A stretch of 63,981 nucleotides of DNA, filler included, from Stramenopiles sp. TOSAG23-6 (GCA_900128565.1; 4 parts of 4 records of this genome joined end to end with filler, not necessarily neighbours in it); one strand, 5' to 3'. Shown: positions 46,375 through 59,165, counted from the whole stretch's first letter. The notes: a model not told the origin generated them from the sequence alone. Numbers and translations: made by a program.

Positions 46375-47557
46375 ATGTTACAATATTCCATATTCCTATT
46401 TGTAATTGTTATGATGATGATACTAAACAATACAAATGGAGCTGAACAACCACCACCAGATGCAAATATCGCAAATATCGCAAATATCGCACCGCAACAA
46501 CAACAACAACAACAACAACAACAACCTTGTGACGTCGTAAGCGTACGACAACTACTACCAAGGGGACAACTTGAAAGTATTATTTGGGCAATGAGAACTG
46601 GCCAATACTATCAGGACTTACCAATGACTCTTAGATGCAATAAAGAGGTTGCAATGGCTGCAGTGACAGGTGCAGATGCGGGGCATGCGATGAAATACGT
46701 GCCAAAAGAAATGAATAACGACGACTACAGTGAAGTTGCGTTTGCGGCAGTAAAGTATAAAGGTTATAACATCCAATTTGTCTCCAAAGAGAAAATGGCG
46801 GATAAATTCCAAGAACTTTTACTTACCACTATGACATCGGAAATATTTTACCACCCATCAATAACAATCTCAACTATTGGTCGATATCTTGTTTGTTTTC
46901 ATCATTTAATTTTATATTCATTTTTTTTTCATAGTAAATTTCGTACCTAACAAAAAAAAATTGAAATATTGTGTCACAATACGTCCACAATCCGATTTGA
47001 TTTCTAAATGTTTACATTTTCCTTTTATTGGAAGGACTAATGCGACTCATGCTGATTTTGAGGGGAGAGCCTGGAGAGCAAAACTTGTGTATGTTTTTTT
47101 TGATCTTTACATTTTTTTTTTCGTACGAAATTTCGTACCTAACAAAAATTGTAAAAAAAATTTGAAATATTTTTTACATATTATTATTCAAAACATCGCC
47201 AATTGGAGAGAAAGAAATAATCTTCCAGTAAACGAATCAATTACACAAAATATGAAAAGACTAAAGAATCGACAAATAAAAGCTTTGTGGCCATTGAAAT
47301 CACTTGACAGGTTTGTTTTTCAAATCAAAATTGAATATTTAAATTTTTTTTTTTTTTTTTTTTTTTCATAGGAAATTTTGTACTTAACAATTTTTTTTTT
47401 CAAAAAACATTTTTTTTTACAATACATTGACGATCTTAAGAAAGGAATTTTATCATTTCTTTATAATAATGAAGATTTGAAAATGAATTTTGGTTTTCCT
47501 GCTATTTGTTGTTTAACTGGAGAGGAGCAAAATGAAGCTAAAGTAGAGGAAGGGTAA
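46375..47557 (+). CDS. Signal-peptide protein with poly-Q and DUF4116-like repeats, four exons
   Basis: Hydrophobic N terminus; LRCNKEVAMAAV and EVAFAAVKYKGYNIQFVS. Introns 46891-46984, 47089-47196 and 47311-47427 keep the frame. Confidence 0.65.
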
Positions 47558-48101
47558 AAATTCTTGATTAATGTATTATTTTTGTTGTTTGTCATCAACA
47601 TAAATTTTAAATTTGTATATACTATAAATCAAATGACTCATTCTGAAATTCTGTACTGTTTTGAATTTTTTTTTGGTCTTTTTTTTTTTTTTTTTGATCG
47701 ATGGAACAAACCTGTTATTGTTGTACAAAACGGCTGCATAAATATAAAGCCAGTGTTCCCGGTACATCTCGTACCGGCTAATACGCGGGAACTCATTCGT
47801 TCGTCTATCGTGTATTCGTTGTATACAACAAGTCTACGTAAATACAAAACAAAAGGACGTGCGATACTCATAAAGACCATAAAGAATTGTGTGTGTAGTA
47901 TTAGCAATTATTAGATATCACACATCATTACTAATCATTACTAATACGGATACCATCATAATTAAGACTTAAGTTACGATATACGACCAAGGATATACGG
48001 ACAAATTGATTTGAACAACTACCTACATATAGTAGTACTACATAGACTACATATATAAATAGAGAACTTTATCAACGTACTTACGTACAGTACAGTACGA
48101 T

Positions 48102-49447
48102 ATGAGTTTCATTGGATTCTTTTCAAAGAAGAAACGTAATCAAGATGAAACTTCAACTGAGACACAAGAAGAGAAGGAACAGAAAGATCGACAACAAAAC
48201 AAACAAAACAAACAAAACAAACAAAACAAACAAAACAAACAAAACAAAGAATCACTTTATTCGGACAGTTCATACAGTACGCGACATCCGGCGAAAAGTC
48301 TTCAAACCAATCGAACCTCCCAAAGTTCTCAATTGTCAACTGAACATTTGTTACCATCAAAGTCATCAAAGTCATCATCAACGTCATCAACGTCATCAAC
48401 GTCATCAAAGTCTTTACGTGGATCAACACTACGAAAAAAGCACTCCCCAAATTCAATACATTCCCCAAATTCAATACACAGTTCTCGTAGTTCAATAGCA
48501 ACAAAATACTCCCTTAGTAATTATAGATATGATAGAAATTTCGGCTCTGGGAATAATGCTACTAAAAGTCGTTCACTTTTAACAAGTCATTCAATTCGTT
48601 CAATTCGTTCAACTCCTTCGCCAAATAGTTTGAGAGAAGATGTAATTGATTTTTTTTTTACAAAAAAATCGAAATATTTTTTCGTACGAAATTTTGTACC
48701 TAACAAATTTTTTTAGAATTTTTTTGAAATATTTTTCCAAAATACATGTAATTGATTTTCCAACACTTGAACTTGAACATACTTCTAATTCTAATGAAAG
48801 CTCAATTGATGAAAATGAAGAATATATTATGACTAACCCTAACCCTACTACTACTCACAATTCACCTAATAATCGAAATAACTCTAGTAATAGCCCTAAC
48901 CCTAATAATAACACAAACACAAATTTGTCTAAAGAACAAAGTTTAAAAAGTTTTGTGTGTTATACTAACCCAAAATCGAAATATTTTATACCAAAATCAA
49001 ATGTAAAACTTTTCTTTTTTATATTTCTCGTTGTAGTTGCTATAGCTGGTGGTACGTTTTATATCATTTCAATTTTAAATTTACTTTCAATTTTAAATTT
49101 AAAATTTACTTTTTTTTTTTTCAATTTTTTTTCAATTTTTTTTTGTAATTAAAAAATTTTTTTTTTTGTAATTAAAAATTTTTTTTTTTTTTTTTGCGTA
49201 AAAAAATTTCATACCTAACAAAATAAAAATTGAAATATTGTCCAAAAATAAATGTATTGTTACCTATACAAGAAAAGATGATGTGACGTTTGGAGTGTTT
49301 AAAGCATCAAAAATACAATCAAAAATACAATCAAAACTTTCGAGACGATTAGGTACGGAATTTCGTACGAAAAGTGTTCAACAAGAAGAATGTGTTAATG
49401 ATACATGGGTAAAATCTGTTCAAGATGCATGTGAAGAAACTGTAGAT
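48102..49447 (+). CDS. Ser/Asn-rich single-pass membrane protein, 3' truncated
   Basis: ORFs join in frame across introns 48642-48747 and 49052-49253; transmembrane segment LFFFIFLVVVAIAGGIV. Confidence 0.65.
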
Positions 49448-49536
49448 GTACGTTTTCAAAACTTTTTCATAGAATTTTTTTTTTTTTTTTTCATAAAATT
49501 TTTTTTTTTTTTTTTTTTTTTTTAAGAATTTTTTTT

Positions 49537-49636
49537 NNNNNNNNNNNNNNNNNNNNNNNNNNNNNNNNNNNNNNNNNNNNTTAATTAATTAANNNNNNNN
49601 NNNNNNNNNNNNNNNNNNNNNNNNNNNNNNNNNNNN
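49537..49636. other. Artificial contig spacer
   Basis: Same 100-nt linker. Confidence 0.99.
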
Positions 49637-49683
49637 AAAAAAAAAAAAAAAAAAATAGGGAAAAAATTTCCTATGAAAAAAAT

Positions 49684-49729
<46 letters not shown>

Positions 49730-49766
49730 ACAATTTTATGAAATTGGTGAAATAATGAAAATGTAC

Positions 49767-52211
49767 AAATGTGCTTAAAAATGAATCACATAAATCTAAT
49801 GTTGTAGAGGATGATGAACACAATGATGTTAATAATTCAATGATTGTGCCAACAGTGCTACTTGGCCATTTATATGACAAGTCAATTGGATTATGAATGT
49901 GTTCCTATATTTGTAGAAAATATTTCAAAATTTAAAAAAATATTTTGTTAGGTACAAAATTTACTACGAAAAAAAAAATGAAAAAAAAATGAAAAAAAAA
50001 TTCCAAAATTTTTTTTAAACAAAAGATAAAAAAAGATAAAAAAAATATTCTTATTACAACACGTACCAACATTTTTGGTGTCATATGCCGGGGACACAAA
50101 ACTGTTTTCATAATTGAATATAAAATGTTTTGAACTCTTTCATCACTTTTTTCAATTTTTTCACTTTTTTCAATTTTTTCAATTTTTTCAATTTTTTCTT
50201 GATGTTGTCGACAAAATCGAACATGAATTATTTTTTCACGCCCATTACCGGGTATCAGCTGGTCAGGCACATTTTCTATAGTAAAACCTAGTAAAGATGC
50301 AATTTCTCTACTTATAGTAGGGTCATACGGTAATGTTTCAATAAGCATGTATTTTGGAAAAATATTTCAAAAAAAATCTAAAAAATTTCGTTAGGTACAA
50401 AATTTCGTACGAAAAAAAAAATTCGATTTTTTTGTAAAAAAAATAAAAAAATAAAAAAATAAAACATACATACTATCAAGACAATCAGCAACAGATAAAA
50501 TTTGTTCGGTAAAAATAAAAGGTTGAAATTNTTTTTTTTTTTTTTTTNAAANTTTTTTTTCTTCTTCTTTTGAAATTTTCGTTTTTTTTGGACTTTCTTG
50601 ATTAGGATTAGGGTTAGGGTTTTTTAATGCAGGTATGCATTTCATTACTAAATTCCACATCCCTACATAATCAATGACATTACTTGTATCAATAGCATGA
50701 TATCCATTACTTCCAGGTTGTTTTAAAGGAATTTCCATACAATGGTAAAAAAATATTTGAAAAAAAAATTCAGAATTTTTGTTAGGTACGAAATTTTTTT
50801 ACGAGATTTTTTTTACGAAAAAAAAAAAAAAAAAAAAAATGTAGGATAAAAAAATACATGCAATTACCAAATGTAAAAAAACAGCGTATTGTATTGTTTT
50901 TGACAGATTTTTGTAGACGAATAAATAATGGTGTCCAAACATTTTGAAGCGTTTTCGCAAATGAAGGTGAACCCACCATATTATCGATTGCATTGCTTGT
51001 ATTGGTTGTAGTAGAGTTAGGGTTAGGGTTAGGGTTAGGGTCGTCGAAAATTTCGTCACTAGTTAGTGATGCAAAAGCGCCAACAGGCCCTTGACATTCT
51101 AAATATATGGCATGCTGTTTGATCCCATCGATATCATCATTCGATATTTCAAAATTTTCAAAATTACATGTAGAAAGTATTGTGAAAAAATATTTCAAAA
51201 TTTACTATAAAAAAAAAATTTGTTAGGTATGAAATTTTTTTACGAAATTTTTTTACGAAAAAAAAAAATTTAAATTTGAAATTTAAATTTGAAATTCATA
51301 TAAAACGTACAACATCAAATAGAGTTGGGTTTATATACGTCACTGTAGTGTTTGTGAGGGAAGAGTCAACGGAGGAAACCCCATGTTTAAGCCAATCTAC
51401 AAGAAGATGTGATAAACGTCCATGACCTGCACTTTGGTCTGAGAGTCTTTTTGCACGTACATAAATTATGAAAAAATATTTCGAAAAAAAAAATCTAAAA
51501 AAAATTGTTAGGTACAAAATTTCGTACGAAAAAAAAAATCATACAAAAAAAAAAAAATAAAACGTACATGTTTGTAGGGTCTTTTGATGATTTTGATGCT
51601 TTTGATGCTTGTGCCCCGACAACATTTTTGATTGTAGACACGTTCAAGGTATTTTGCTGCGTATTTTCAGTCATGTTTTTTTCATCGAATGTATTTTGTT
51701 GCGTATTTTCAGTCAAAGTTTTCTCTTTGGTCTCTGCTGCTTCGATGAATGTCATGCTATTGTGTTCTGCTCGATTTGTTGTATTTGTTGTATGTGTCAT
51801 GTTTTGCTTTGTATTATTAGACATATTCTTGCTTCCATCATGTGTTATATAACCTACTCTGACTCCTAAACGATTCTGTAACTCCTCATTGAAATGTTCA
51901 CTGAAGTCCTCATCTAGAGAGTCCTCATCTAGAGCTTTCGAATGTTTTGCTGGTGGTTGTGGAGGTAATACAACGTCATCCGATGGTGTTGCATCTGATG
52001 GAGAAAGTGTATTACTCTGTTTACCTCGTTGATCAAGTAGTTTTTTCACTAATTTATCTCTGGAATTTGATGTATCGAATGCAGCGTCAACATCCACGGT
52101 TGGTTGTACTACATTACTTTCGCCTTTGTGAGTTGCAAGTTTCTGTTCTGTTTCAACAGTACAAATGAACTGCTCTTTGTTGATATCGTCATTACGCATA
52201 GAAGAAGACAT
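49767..52211 (-). CDS. Multi-exon protein of unknown function, 3' truncated
   Basis: Exons join in frame across 51175-51310 (TT), 50737-50857 (AT), 50347-50469 (AT) and one AG intron ending near 49905. The first junction (about 51465-51567) is ambiguous. Confidence 0.6.
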
Positions 52212-52554
52212 TATGTACTATTTGATACTGATTTCTTGCTACTTTGGTAAGAAAATTAAGTAAATTTATGTTGTAGATTTTATGATTTTATGTACGAGAA
52301 AAATAAAAGAGGGCAAACAAAATGTTCAACACTTGAGAGAAAATTAGTTTGAATTCCAGAATTCAAATTTTCAAAAAACAAAATCAGGATTTCGTGTTAT
52401 TTAGACTTAGTAAAGCCCGCTCCTCCTCCCTCTCTCTCTCTCCTTGAGCACTCAGTCATTACACGCTTTTAGCTTTGAATATAGTAAATATTTAGTAACA
52501 CTATTGTTTGTTGTAGATGTTTAGTATAACTCACCCGTTTTAAATCTAATACAA

Positions 52555-54135
52555 ATGCAAACACACGTGATATATCTATTCATCATTTGCATAGTTTCAT
52601 GTATTGTGTATGTTGAAATGTTAGACACTGACGAGCATAAACGACATGTCAAACCAGAAGTCAAACCGGACGTCATGTCAAGTCTCCCACGAATTCCACT
52701 TCACTTTAAAGCTAAAATTAAAGTGGATTTTCCCTACAAAGATTCATTTTCTATGCTAGAAGAGTCTTTTCGTACTACATTTACAAATACAACAACGCCG
52801 AATATACCAACGTTAGAAAGGCCGTTCTTATGCTTACTTCACTATGACTATCTCAACCGAAGAATGCGTGAAGATTATTATTATCTACACTCAGAAACAC
52901 CTCAACGTTTTTATACATCAATTAAGCTATACAATGAAGGAAAGAATTATATGATTTATCATAGAATTAATGATGTTCACTTCTTATCAAGTCCTGCAAG
53001 TTGTTTTATTTCGCCAACAAATGGTCGCATGATGCCTGCAGGGGAATGTACGTTTTTTTACCTTGTTTTGTTTTTTTTTTCGTACGGAATTTTGTACCTA
53101 ACAAAAAAAATCCAAATTTTGAAATATTTTTCGAAAATACATATTTTGATCCACAACTTGAGTTTTATGGAGTGACCAACATCACAATTAGGTGAGTCTC
53201 CAACCCTAACCCTAACCTGCATTTCACCCTTTTTTTTTTTTTTTTCTATGAAAAGTTAAAGTTTTAAAATTTGTCTGTTATTTTCTATATAATATAATAT
53301 AATATAATATAATATAATATAATATAATATAATATAATATAGTCTTCAAAATTCAAATATATCAATTGATACCTAACATTTTTTTTTTAAACCTATGAAA
53401 TTTTGTACCTAACAATTTTTTTTTTTTTTTTTTTTTAAACCTATGAAATTTCGTACCTAACAAAAATTAAATTTTTAATTTGAAATATTTCAATGAGATA
53501 CATTGGGGCCAAAAATAAACAGCATGTATGTTTTATTTTATTTTTTTAACAAAAAAATCGAATTTTTTTTTTTGAAAATTCTGTACCTAAAAATTTTTTT
53601 TTTGAAATATTTTTTTCCTAACGAAATTCGGTACCTAAAATATTTTTTTTGAAATATTTTTCCAAAATACATACTGTCCATGTAGAACATTGGAACACAA
53701 TCTTTAACAATGCTGAATATGACTTTTTTATTTCTCGAAAGACAAAAAAAATCATTCAAATTAAACAAATTCATTCAAATTTTACATTTTTCGATTTTCA
53801 AGAAGGACCCAATACTGTTGGAGATGTATGTTTTTTTTTCGTACGAAATTTTGTACCTAACAAAAAACGAAACAAAAAATCAATATGAATTTCAAATGTT
53901 TTTTTTCGTACGAAATTTCGTACCTAACAATTTTTTTAATAATTTTTTTTGTAATTTTTTTACAATACATGCTTTATTTATTCCCCATTTAGTTAGTGCA
54001 GTTGAATGTGAACCAATTGGTGGGCATCATCATAATAAAAATCAGTACCAAAAATTTCCTACAAAACAAAATTTTGCATTTTCTAAAATTAATTTAAAAA
54101 AAGCCGAAGAAAAATATAAAAAAAAAAAAAAATAA
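52555..54135 (+). CDS. Secreted or anchored ependymin-related (EPDR-like) protein, five exons
   Basis: N-terminal hydrophobic segment; LHYDYLNRRMRED; C-terminal FFDFQEG...DALFIP...C pattern. Introns 53048-53142, about 53192-53498, 53526-53672 and 53826-53970. Confidence 0.5.
53288..53341. repeat. (ATATA)n pentanucleotide microsatellite inside an intron
   Basis: About 11 tandem units read directly. Confidence 0.95.
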
Positions 54136-54548
54136 TTTTGAAAAAAGGCAAAGAAAAATATTAAAAAAAAATATAAAAAAAAAAAAAATTATGATTGTAT
54201 TTCAAAAAATAAATGAAACCTTCAAATACTTGTAACTTTTGTTTATACATTTTTGTTTTTATAGGAGACTTGACAAATTAATTGTTGGTTTTTTGGGGGT
54301 ACATCGAATCGGCTGTAACACGAAATATCTAAAAAAGATCTAAAACATCCAATAAAAAATTGAGCAAAACACGAAATACGTAGTATATACCTGACCTGTC
54401 ACCCACAAAAATTGACCTGTGGCTGGCGCGCGTGTCATTGCGATTGATCATGGCCATTGGTTATTGGTTTGGACCGCCTCGACGCTTTCTTCATTTACGC
54501 TACTCGCGCTATCTCTCAACACTAGTCTTCTCCTCAGCTTACTTAAAA

Positions 54549-54890
54549 ATGACAGTGAAGCGCCGTAATCATGGAAGAGCACGCAAGAATTGTGGCTCCA
54601 AGGGTCTCTCAAAGCTCATTGTTTGCGATGGCTGTGGTAGCCGCGTCGCCAAGGATAAAGCTATTATCCGTTTTCAAGTTCGTGGCATTGCGGATGCATC
54701 GTCAATGCGTGACTTAAAAGAAGCCTCGGCGTACGAGAACTACCAAATCCCTAAAATGTACCAGAGATTGGTTTACTGCGTTGACTGTGCTGTTCATCGC
54801 CGTATTGTACGTGGTCGTTCAAAGAAGGATCGTAAGAATCGTGACCCTCCAATTCGCCGGCGCAGACAAGAAGCGAAGACCAGCAAATAA
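54549..54890 (+). CDS. RPS26: 40S ribosomal protein S26 (eS26), intronless
   Basis: MTVKRRNHGRA..C..C...VAKDKAI.RF...IPKMY..L.YCVDCAVHRRIVRGRS. Confidence 0.97.
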   Translation: MTVKRRNHGRARKNCGSKGLSKLIVCDGCGSRVAKDKAIIRFQVRGIADASSMRDLKEASAYENYQIPKMYQRLVYCVDCAVHRRIVRGRSKKDRKNRDPPIRRRRQEAKTSK

Positions 54891-55463
54891 ACTTTCATTA
54901 TTGATTGAAAACATCTCAAAAAGGGAGATATTTTACCTGTATTCTACAATGATACTCCGAGACTTTTTTTTAATGAAATGAAATGAAATAAAGTTGATAG
55001 ATAAGAATATTCTTTTTCTGTAATCTAAAGTTCTGTTGGCTTTTTACTTTTTTTTTTTTTGGTTTTCATACGAAATTTTGTACCTAAGCAAAAANTTNGT
55101 TTTTTTTTTNGNTNAANTTTTTTCTTACTACACAAATCACAAAAGGATTTTGTGTTAAAGGAATACAACACTTACTCTTGATGATGATGCCTGTGCTCGT
55201 GTTGAGGTCGCAACTTTGAGGTCACAACTTTGCGAAAACGAAAACCACAGGAAGAATACTATTACATAATTCATTTATTGTGTTTGTTGACGTAAATTAT
55301 TACGGTAAATTAATGACGACGTTACGGTGACACGTAGTACAGACACAAATCGGGCGCTGCTACGCCGCATTTGAATGACGTTTTGCCTTAAGGCGTCGGA
55401 GAAAAACGCAAATAAACAACACAAATTAATCAACATTAATTAAGATCCTGGTCCTGATTAAAC

Positions 55464-56615
55464 ATGGGGAACAAACAAAATAACAGTGTAGCTATGTGGG
55501 AAGAGGTACAGGAAATACTTAGAACACAGGGATGCCTGCCGAAGGGGATGGAGCAGACGGAAAAAGAACCCGAACATTCGCTTAAATCTCGCTTTCATAA
55601 AAACGGGCATATGTTACTGAATGAGTTCCATATGGCTAAACTAATCATCCAACTAGGACTGCTCTATTTCGACATTGTTACCTTCAACGAAGAAGAAGAA
55701 AAAGAAGAAGAGTTCAAGTTTGAAGATCTGATGTCCGAAGTGGATTTACTTCCCATGTTGTTGTCACGCCTTAATCAGGACAAAGTGGATATAACCTCTA
55801 CCGTTGAATTAAAGAAGGCTGTAAAAAAATTTACAGTAATGAAGAAAGTAGAGTATCATAAACTCCTACAAGTAACATGCTTAACATGTGTTCGAAAATA
55901 TGTAAAAGATATCTTTGAGGGGACAAGTGCTAAAGCAGATATAGATTTGCTGAAATCACTCACAAATATTGACGATATCGATTTGAAAAGTACAGCACTT
56001 CCCGATAAAAGTAGTTCTGTTGATAGCATGGGATTAACTCCTACTCCTAAATTTAAAATGGAGCTTAATATGTCGGGTACATATCAGCCAATTCTAGAGG
56101 AGTGTTGGGGTTGCAAGGAGGGTGTTCTTGGTTTTGGTTTTAGATGGCCATTCTCATTGTTTGCTGAGAAGATTTTTAAATGTGATCAAAAAATAATTCA
56201 TGTTCCTGGTGAATCATTTATTAGTCAATCACGTGTACCCTTGTGTGATGTATCTTTATCAGGTGTTTCATCAAAAAAATATCTTATAAGTCCACCTTTT
56301 GTTTTTGAAACTATATCAGTAGAGACAGTTGAACCGTATTTGCCTATTGAGCCTTATGGTATTATCAAAGTAATTGTTTGCCTTTTATCAATGAAAGAAG
56401 TGGATGAACTCGTGAAACAGGGNTTNATTCCACGTCCAGGTTTGCGTCACTTGATGCAAAAGAAAATGATAATAGGTACACTAGAAAATACAAAAATGTG
56501 TTTTCGTTGGCACGCGGATAAACTCGGGCGTATGCACTTTCAAGCTCAATATGTTCGTCCTAATGGGGAACTCTGTGGACAGCGTAGGATGTATGTATTG
56601 ATGAAGAAAGTGTGA
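55464..56615 (+). CDS. Hypothetical protein (383 aa, intronless)
   Basis: Long ATG-initiated ORF; no family recognised. Confidence 0.6.
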   Translation: MGNKQNNSVAMWEEVQEILRTQGCLPKGMEQTEKEPEHSLKSRFHKNGHMLLNEFHMAKLIIQLGLLYFDIVTFNEEEEKEEEFKFEDLMSEVDLLPMLLSRLNQDKVDITSTVELKKAVKKFTVMKKVEYHKLLQVTCLTCVRKYVKDIFEGTSAKADIDLLKSLTNIDDIDLKSTALPDKSSSVDSMGLTPTPKFKMELNMSGTYQPILEECWGCKEGVLGFGFRWPFSLFAEKIFKCDQKIIHVPGESFISQSRVPLCDVSLSGVSSKKYLISPPFVFETISVETVEPYLPIEPYGIIKVIVCLLSMKEVDELVKQXXIPRPGLRHLMQKKMIIGTLENTKMCFRWHADKLGRMHFQAQYVRPNGELCGQRRMYVLMKKV

Positions 56616-56696
56616 GAGAAAGTAGGAAAGTAGATGAGGAAGAAAGTTTGAGAGAAAGTAGATGAGCAAATACATTTTTGTATCAATTTTAATCAT

Positions 56697-58886
56697 CTAA
56701 ATATATCCAGAGGTAACTCTTCGATCTTTATCGACTCCTTGAGCATCCTGCTCGCTAATAGTACCATCTTTTACTGCAGCTTCTGCTTCGGCAACACTAA
56801 CACTCATTCGACTCACTCGTCTTGATCTTCCTTTACTGGTATCCACTTCTGATGAAAGCATTATCACATCAATATTTGCTGCCTCTCTTGTAACTGAAGG
56901 ACCGTCTTCTTTTTTCAACCCATCACCACTTTTCCCTTTACGATGGTAACATTTGAAGCAGAGAAAAAGTATAAGGGCTAACAATACTGCAGCACCACAA
57001 ATAATTACAATATATATACCAAGGTTAATGCTTCCATTATTTCCCGATGTTGGTGCTGGTGTAGGAGCTAGTGTAGGTGTTGGTGTTGGTGCTGGTGTAA
57101 GTGCTGGTGTTGGTGCTGGTGTTGGTGCTGGTGTTGGTGCCGGTGTAGGTATTATACACTCGACAAGTTGATGAATACTATTATCTAATGTTGTTTCTGT
57201 ATTATAGATTGCTTTGCATTCTTGACATTGAACATGATCTATACATGGTTTACAAATTGGTACAAGAATATCATAATAATTTTGCATACTACCATCGCTG
57301 TTACACCAATTGGACAGATCTTGTTTAAAGCGAATACAACCTTGGAACATTTCAGTTGGAGTGTTGACATTCGATACATTCCAAGAATTGATTTTTCCAT
57401 TGAATTTTGATGCGTCAAAAAACATTCTATCCATGTTGGTTACATTTCCAGTGTCCCAAATTAGGTCCTGATTGAACGCAGTACACCCTTCAAACATATG
57501 ATTCATAGTAGTTACTTTTGATGTATTTGAAAATGTGATAACGCCATTGAATGATGTGGCTTGTCGGAACATAGACCCCATATTCAAAACTTCACTTGTA
57601 TCGAAATTTACATTCTGATTGAAGGCAGTAGCCCCACTAAGCATCCACTGCATAGTAGTTACCTTTGACGTATCGAAATTTACTTCCTGATTGAACTTCT
57701 TAGCATTATGAAACATACTTTCCATAGTAATTACCTTTGACGTATCGAAATTTACAACCTGATTGAATGATCTGGCTTGGTGGAACATATTCGCCATATT
57801 CAACACTTCACTTGTATCGAAATTTACATTCTGATTGAAGGCAGTAGACCCTTGAAACATATTTGCCATAGTAGTTACTTTTGATGTATCGAAATTTACT
57901 TCCTGATTGAAGTTAGTAGCCATGACAAACATATTTGCCATAGTAGTTACTTTTGATGTATTTGAAAATGTGATAACGCCATTGAATGATGGGCATTGTT
58001 GGAACATCGACGTCATATTCAAAACTTCACTTGTATCGAAATTTACATTCTGATTGAAGGCACTAGCCAATGTAAACATATTTTCCATATTAGTTACCTT
58101 TGACGTGTCGAAATTTACTTCCTGATTGAAGTTAGTAGCCATAAGAAACATAGTGTTCATATCAGTTACCTTTGACGTATTTGAAAATGTGATAACGCCA
58201 TTGAATGATGTGGCTTGAAAGAACATACCCGACATATTCAAAACTTCACTTGTATCGAAATTTACTTCCTGATTGAAGTTAGTAGCCATAAAAAACATTT
58301 GTCTCATATTAGTTACTTTTGACGTATCGAAATTTACTTCCTGATTGAAGTTCTTAGCATTAAAAAACATAGAGCTCATATCAATTACCTTTGATGTATT
58401 TGAAAATGTGATAACGCCATTGAATGATGTGGCTTGAAAGAACATAGACGTCATAATCAAAACTTCACTTGTATCGAAATTTACATTCTGATTGAAGGCA
58501 CTAGCATCCCTAAACATGCTCCCCATGCTTGTGACATTTCCAGTGTCCCAAATTAGTTCCCGATTGAACGCAGTACACCCTTGAAACATATTATTCATAA
58601 GAATTACTTTTGATGTATCCCAGTTCGTTATTTTTGGATTACAATCAGTAAGACTTGGATTAGACATTAGGGATGACATACTCATTATCTGAGATGTATC
58701 CCAGGTATTTGGTACTTCAGTACTTTTGTTTATTTCACATTCTTCAATCAATCTCACCTGGAGTTCATTGAAATTTTCTGGGGTAAAAGTATTGGCAAAC
58801 GTAAATGTTGAAAGGGGTAGTATGATTACAAGCACATTGAAAATATTTGCACTTCTGACTCGGAGTGACCTCGGAAATACCTGCAT
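56697..58886 (-). CDS. DUF285/BspA-like repeat surface protein with a PTPA stalk and one transmembrane helix
   Basis: Many (W/F)DTSKVTxMxxMF..A..FNQ repeats, (PTPA)n, TM segment [21 protein letters not shown], signal-like N terminus. Confidence 0.9.
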   Translation of the reverse strand: MQVFPRSLRVRSANIFNVLVIILPLSTFTFANTFTPENFNELQVRLIEECEINKSTEVPNTWDTSQIMSMSSLMSNPSLTDCNPKITNWDTSKVILMNNMFQGCTAFNRELIWDTGNVTSMGSMFRDASAFNQNVNFDTSEVLIMTSMFFQATSFNGVITFSNTSKVIDMSSMFFNAKNFNQEVNFDTSKVTNMRQMFFMATNFNQEVNFDTSEVLNMSGMFFQATSFNGVITFSNTSKVTDMNTMFLMATNFNQEVNFDTSKVTNMENMFTLASAFNQNVNFDTSEVLNMTSMFQQCPSFNGVITFSNTSKVTTMANMFVMATNFNQEVNFDTSKVTTMANMFQGSTAFNQNVNFDTSEVLNMANMFHQARSFNQVVNFDTSKVITMESMFHNAKKFNQEVNFDTSKVTTMQWMLSGATAFNQNVNFDTSEVLNMGSMFRQATSFNGVITFSNTSKVTTMNHMFEGCTAFNQDLIWDTGNVTNMDRMFFDASKFNGKINSWNVSNVNTPTEMFQGCIRFKQDLSNWCNSDGSMQNYYDILVPICKPCIDHVQCQECKAIYNTETTLDNSIHQLVECIIPTPAPTPAPTPAPTPALTPAPTPTPTLAPTPAPTSGNNGSINLGIYIVIICGAAVLLALILFLCFKCYHRKGKSGDGLKKEDGPSVTREAANIDVIMLSSEVDTSKGRSRRVSRMSVSVAEAEAAVKDGTISEQDAQGVDKDRRVTSGYI

Positions 58887-59165
58887 AGCCAAATGAGTTG
58901 GATTGAAATTCTTTGTAATACTCTAGCTAGTACGGTATTTTATTGTATTTTATTATCGGATGTTATCAAGGAGCCAGTATTTCTACATGTAGTAAGCCAT
59001 AAGTCTTACCAGTGTAAACAAAATTTCATGAAAAAACATCGCTCCTGTCGACAATTTTCAATTTAAATTTGACATTTTTTTTGAAATATTTGAATGGTGT
59101 TTTCTCCTCTTCTGTCTATTTTTTTTTGAAACCAAAAGTGGAATTACCACAAAGTCACTTCAATC

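Noticed and set aside
54432-54548. N-terminal extension of RPS26 in the ORF track
   Set aside because: It starts at GTG; the family N terminus begins at ATG 54549.
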